Assembly: GCA_046563655.1 (NCBI GenBank)
Contig: CM102288.1
Coordinates: forward strand, 5,518,001 to 5,582,000
Source: Yuukianura sp. NJ FZ-2021
Lineage: Eukaryota
Length of the DNA stretch: 64,000 bases
Reading direction: 5' to 3'
How positions within the stretch are numbered: the first letter of the stretch is position 1; each line of letters opens with the position of its first letter. The notes beneath the pieces are model-generated. The model saw only the letters and a program-made list of their open reading frames with translations. It did not search any database and was not told the origin of the DNA. A program made the position numbers and the translations under genes. Positions 60,001-64,000 of the stretch are shown piece after piece.

Positions 60001-63000
60001 AAACCGTATTTTACTATCAGTGCTCTGTTTTCAACCAGGAGAGACTCTTTGAGCTTGTCTAAAAACATAATTTAATATTTACCTGGACAATTAACATAAA
60101 ATAATATATTAGTTAGTTTTGTTAAGTAGCAAGCTCACCAGAATAAATTCGAATCGCTCTAAAGTCGAAATAGTCTGCCAGCGATTCCAACTTGGTGGAG
60201 TTCTGCTGACACTCGTCCAGTTTTTCCTCGAATTCAACCCAAGACGGATTTGTGGCCGTGAAAGTTCTGACGGCGGCGCGTCGATTGGGATCCCACAGGA
60301 ATTGAAACTGGTTCCAAACTTTCATAAACTCCAGGAAATGCTAGAATTCAAAAAAAAAATTAAAATGATGTTCTGACTATGTTGTGACTATGCTGTGACT
60401 ATGTTGTGGCTATGTTGTGACTATGTTGTGGCTATGTTGCGGCTATGTTGTGGCTATGTTGTGGCTATGTTGTGACTATGTATGTTGTGGCTATGTTGAG
60501 ACTATGCTATGGCTATGTTGTGACTATGTTGTGGGTATGTTGTGACTATGTTGTGACTATGTTGTCGCTATATTGTGACTATGTTGTGACTATGTTGTGG
60601 CTATGTTGTGACTAGGACTTTTTGTGGTGTTGGTTGGCTTACTTCCTTCAGCGTCTGCGTGCAATTGGCCAGAGCCGCGGTGTACTTGGAAACGTCCTTG
60701 TTCTCGCATATTTGCGCGTAGTAGTTGAAAGGTTGATGCTTCGGTCCAGCACGGTCCTGCGACAAACCGCGGTACAAAAGCCTTCGACGTGCCTTTTTCT
60801 CATTCACTGCATGTCGAGACTGGTGCTCCGTCTCCTCTGTCACGTAAAACTGCCAAAGTCCAACACCTTTTGCAGAAGACACAATTGCACGACCCACCTA
60901 GTAGTACCAGGAATGTAGGAAATAGCATTAACATAAGTAATATAAAATATAAAAATATAATTTTCATAAATTTTTTGTATCATACGTGAGTGATGGCCTC
61001 TTGGATTTGCTCCATCGTTGGTTTGATAACGACCGAAGAGCCCTGAAGTTGAGTTTCCAAAACGAAAATGGGCGTGTCTTCGGTGAAGCTTGAATCCTCC
61101 AGTCCTGCTGGAACTGAAAAAAATTTTTTTCATGATTTAAGTTGTGATTAACCTAATGTGATGAATTGACCACATTAAGTTAGCGATACATTAGACTAGC
61201 TAAAATCTCACCCGGAATTGGGACGGTGTGGAGACCTTTGAGTGTTTGTGGCCCAACGAATCGCCTGCGCAGTAAACTGAGGCTGTTTTTGATAATGGTG
61301 ACCACAATTTCAAAGAGTTGTTTGGAGAAGGCGTACTTGATGTCTTCCGAGTAGTTCCGAAGTACGTCTCTCAACTGCTTCGTGCACTTCCGAGTGACGA
61401 GTCCATGCAAGAGGCGTGGTTGGTCGTACAGTTTCTCCGAAAGGCTCCAATCAGGAGGAGGACGTTGGTGATTGGTCGGAGTTCCGTAGCTGAAGGTGTC
61501 CATGCCTTTGAACGCATCCGATCCACATTCAGAGACTTTGTCAGACGAACTCTGGTTCGGAGTGCTGCACATTGAAATTACTAAACAAAGCAAAAACATT
61601 ATTACATGAAACATGATTACATGAAACATGATGCCATGAAGCATGATCACATGAAACATGAAACATTACATCAAACTTGATTACTCGCAACATGATTGAA
61701 ACTTGGAACAATGTTGAGTTTGCAACTTCTTCCGTGAATGCAATAACTGGTGTGTATGTAATAACTGTTTACGTAAGTAACTTGTAGAAAAATCGAAATC
61801 TTCTTCACGTATTATTTGTGGTAAATAAGCTGTTCATCAGTTTGGAGTAGCAGAGGGGTGCGCCCGCGTGCAAAAAAGGGGCGCGGGGGCGGGTGCGGCG
61901 TAATTAATTTAAATTTGGTAAAAAAATGGCAAAAGTGAAAAATAAATGAATGTTGATAAAAATCAATACTTTTAATAATATAATTAATTAATTTTAATTA
62001 GTATTTAAATAATTAATATAAAAAATTTATTTTTTTGTGTTTTTTAAATTTCACGTTATATACACAATCAGTTAAGTAAAAATTGATTAAAACGTGTAAT
62101 AATATAATATAATTAATGAATTTTAATTAATTAATGAATAATTAATATAAAAAGTCGATTTTTCCATTCAAGTTTCTAAAAAAATCAATTTTTTACGTTA
62201 ATTATTCATTAATTAATTAAAATTCATTAATTATATTATATTATTACACGTTTTAATCAATTTTTACTTAACTGATTGTGTATATAACGTGAAATTTAAA
62301 AAACACAAAAAAATAAATTTTTTATATTAATTATTTAAATACTAATTAAAATTAATTAATTATATTATTAAAAGTATTGATTTTTATCAACATTCATTTA
62401 TTTTTCACTTTTGCCATTTTTTTACCAAATTTAAATTAATTATGCCGCACCCGCCCCCGCGCCCCTTTTTTGCACGCGGGCGCACCCCTCTGCTACTCCA
62501 AACTGATGAACACCTTATTTACCATAGATAGTACTTGTTTTGTTTTCAGTTTAGAACGCATCAGCAAAAAAGGGTGTGCACAAGTTGCACTAACAGGTTT
62601 TTCAAAAGCTGTCGTTTTTGGAAAAAAAAACGAGCGGTTTTTTGAAACCATGAATTTCATGGGAAGGTTGGTGAGTGCGACTCGAAAACGAAAAACGGGT
62701 TTTAAGTTTCCTTAGAAACAGACCGAATCCGTCATTTTTGGATAAACGGTTTTATGAAACCGGTTTTCATCTAAATGAGGTCCAGTTCCATTAAAAAGTT
62801 GTGCAAAAATAAAAAAAAGATTTGATTTTCAGTTTTTCACTGTTGCACACTTACGTCAAAACTGTGCATAAGTGGGAGGGAGAAAACCTCCAAAAGCGCA
62901 CAATTGAAACAAAATTGAATGAAAATAGGTTCGAAGTGAATCCAGTTAAGATTGTGTTGAGATGTGTGCACAAAAATGTCGATGACAACTTGGGAAATGT

Positions 63001-64000
63001 GCAAAAGGGACAACACAAAATGAGAATCAAAACGGTTTTGCTGCTCATTTTGCTTTGCTGTCACTGCAAAAAAATTTGCCTTCGTCTTTGGTTCCGATGT
63101 TTCACCGTTTTGATGCACAGGGGGGAATTTTGTTGTGAATGTGTACAACTACGATGAGTCACGTGTACAGAATATATGCGCTAAATGTACAACAAACTGC
63201 ACAGTATACATGCTTAGGTGCAAAACTACACAAAAGTGCATAAGTTAGCGACTTTTTTTAACGTTTTTCTGCAATGCAAAAAAAATGGATATGTCAAAAC
63301 TTTTTGAGTTGCAACTTCAACACTCAACTGTAAAGTTAAACTTCAAAAAAGTTGTGCAGAGTTGTACTGTTTTGCATCTTTGCACAACTTTTGGTTACCT
63401 TCGGATAGAACATGATTGGATTTGTCCAACTGAAACTTGTCGATGATTTCTTCTCCAAGTGAAGCCGTCGCTTGAATTGAGAGTTCAATCAAGTCATCCA
63501 CTAGGTCCCGCGCTTTCAAACTTTTCGAATGAACAGTCTGAAAACATAAAAACTGAATTATGAATGGAGAAATATCAAATGCTGCCGAAAAAAAATTCAT
63601 ACAGTCGTTCCTTCTCGTATGCACTTGTAGTTGTTGTCCAGCAGATCGTCAAGTGTCCATGGCAAATTCAAAAACTCGGCACAGAGTATGATGTCTTCCA
63701 TCTCAGAAAATGTCCGCATGATTTGAAATTCAAAGAAGTCTCGTATCCTGTTCAAATTCGCATCATAAACAGCAAGGTTGCATAGAATTATGTAAGTAGT
63801 ATGCAGTACAATTATCTAATGTAGATATGTAAATATGTAACCAAATGATGTTAATTATGTTTTGTTACTGGAAGGACAGTAGTCCAAAGTCCTTGATGGT
63901 TTGGAGGAACGTTTGAAAGTAATTTTCAAAGAGAGGACTGGTCCAGTTGAGAGTAGTAAGTGCCGGTTGGAAGAGAGTCGCTAGCCGTATTATCATTGGA
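42003..64000 (-). CDS. DNAH5: Axonemal outer-arm dynein heavy chain (DNAH5/DNAH8 class), 5'-truncated by window edge; ~56 exons visible
   Basis: Walker A motifs [95 protein letters not shown]-terminus [18 protein letters not shown]5 versus DNAH8 cannot be resolved. Confidence 0.95.
49526..49726 (-). pseudogene. BED zinc-finger N-terminus of a truncated hAT transposase
   Basis: [12 protein letters not shown]...WANCKLC...[12 protein letters not shown] matches the W-x2-F, C-x2-C, H-x3-H BED pattern; no DDE catalytic domain follows. Confidence 0.75.
49771..50610. repeat. Tandem array of 24 x 35-bp units, each with an internal palindrome; 280-bp higher-order period
   Basis: Unit a[a/t]tatcctggtatttctcgagcagactgctcga[ag/ga]; variant cgaaaaatat recurs at 49801, 50081 and 50361. 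Confidence 0.95.
52141..52741. mobile_element. Foldback/MITE: ~269-bp near-perfect inverted arms around a ~62-bp spacer, in a dynein intron
   Basis: 52141-52409 is the reverse complement of 52472-52741 with about 2 visible mismatches; TSD not clear. Confidence 0.8.
60374..60613. repeat. 11-bp minisatellite ([A/G]CTATGTTGTG)n in a dynein intron
   Basis: About 21 tandem copies with minor variants. Confidence 0.9.
61819..62524. mobile_element. Long foldback element: ~340-bp inverted arms with a short central loop, in a dynein intron
   Basis: 61819-~62163 is the reverse complement of ~62179-62524; GC-rich outer block and very AT-rich core; TSD not identified. Confidence 0.8.

Noticed and set aside
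61594..61670. Hydrophobic N-terminus of ORF 61180-61659 (MFHVIM repeats)
   Set aside because: Derived from a short 15-bp intronic tandem repeat; the real dynein exon begins at 61580.
62530..63340. ORFs at 62470-63157 and TGCACA-rich sequence
   Set aside because: Intronic and without recognisable domains; likely degenerate repeat DNA whose boundaries I cannot support.

Overview
AT-rich eukaryotic (animal) genomic DNA with many short (about 55-100 nt) spliceosomal introns; all gene models were assembled by hand from splice signals and remembered homology, with no database searches. The gene set and the style of the chemoreceptor-like genes suggest an arthropod, possibly a basal hexapod such as a springtail (inference only). 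From left to right: (1) a tandemly duplicated cluster of three gustatory/odorant-receptor-like 7TM genes, two 4-TM membrane protein genes and three secreted WAP (four-disulfide core) peptide genes, two of which flank a GMC oxidoreductase; (2) PMS2, carrying an intact, very young Ty3/gypsy (Mag-like) LTR retrotransposon and a hAT-like non-autonomous element in adjacent introns; (3) GRWD1; (4) ASPSCR1/TUG with an antisense C2H2 zinc-finger gene nested in an intron; (5) a secreted alpha-carbonic-anhydrase-like gene with a LINE 3' fragment in an intron; (6) a small orphan gene; (7) the 3' part (about 56 exons) of an outer-arm axonemal dynein heavy chain (DNAH5/8 class), whose introns hold a BED-finger hAT derivative with a 24 x 35-bp palindromic higher-order array and two long foldback elements. 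The most notable cross-cutting observation is an excess of GC-AG introns (7 inferred, at 5 independent positions). These include a non-consensus GCA(C/T)TCA donor shared by unrelated genes, which suggests relaxed or variant 5' splice-site recognition. No CRISPR, rRNA or bona fide tRNA genes were seen.
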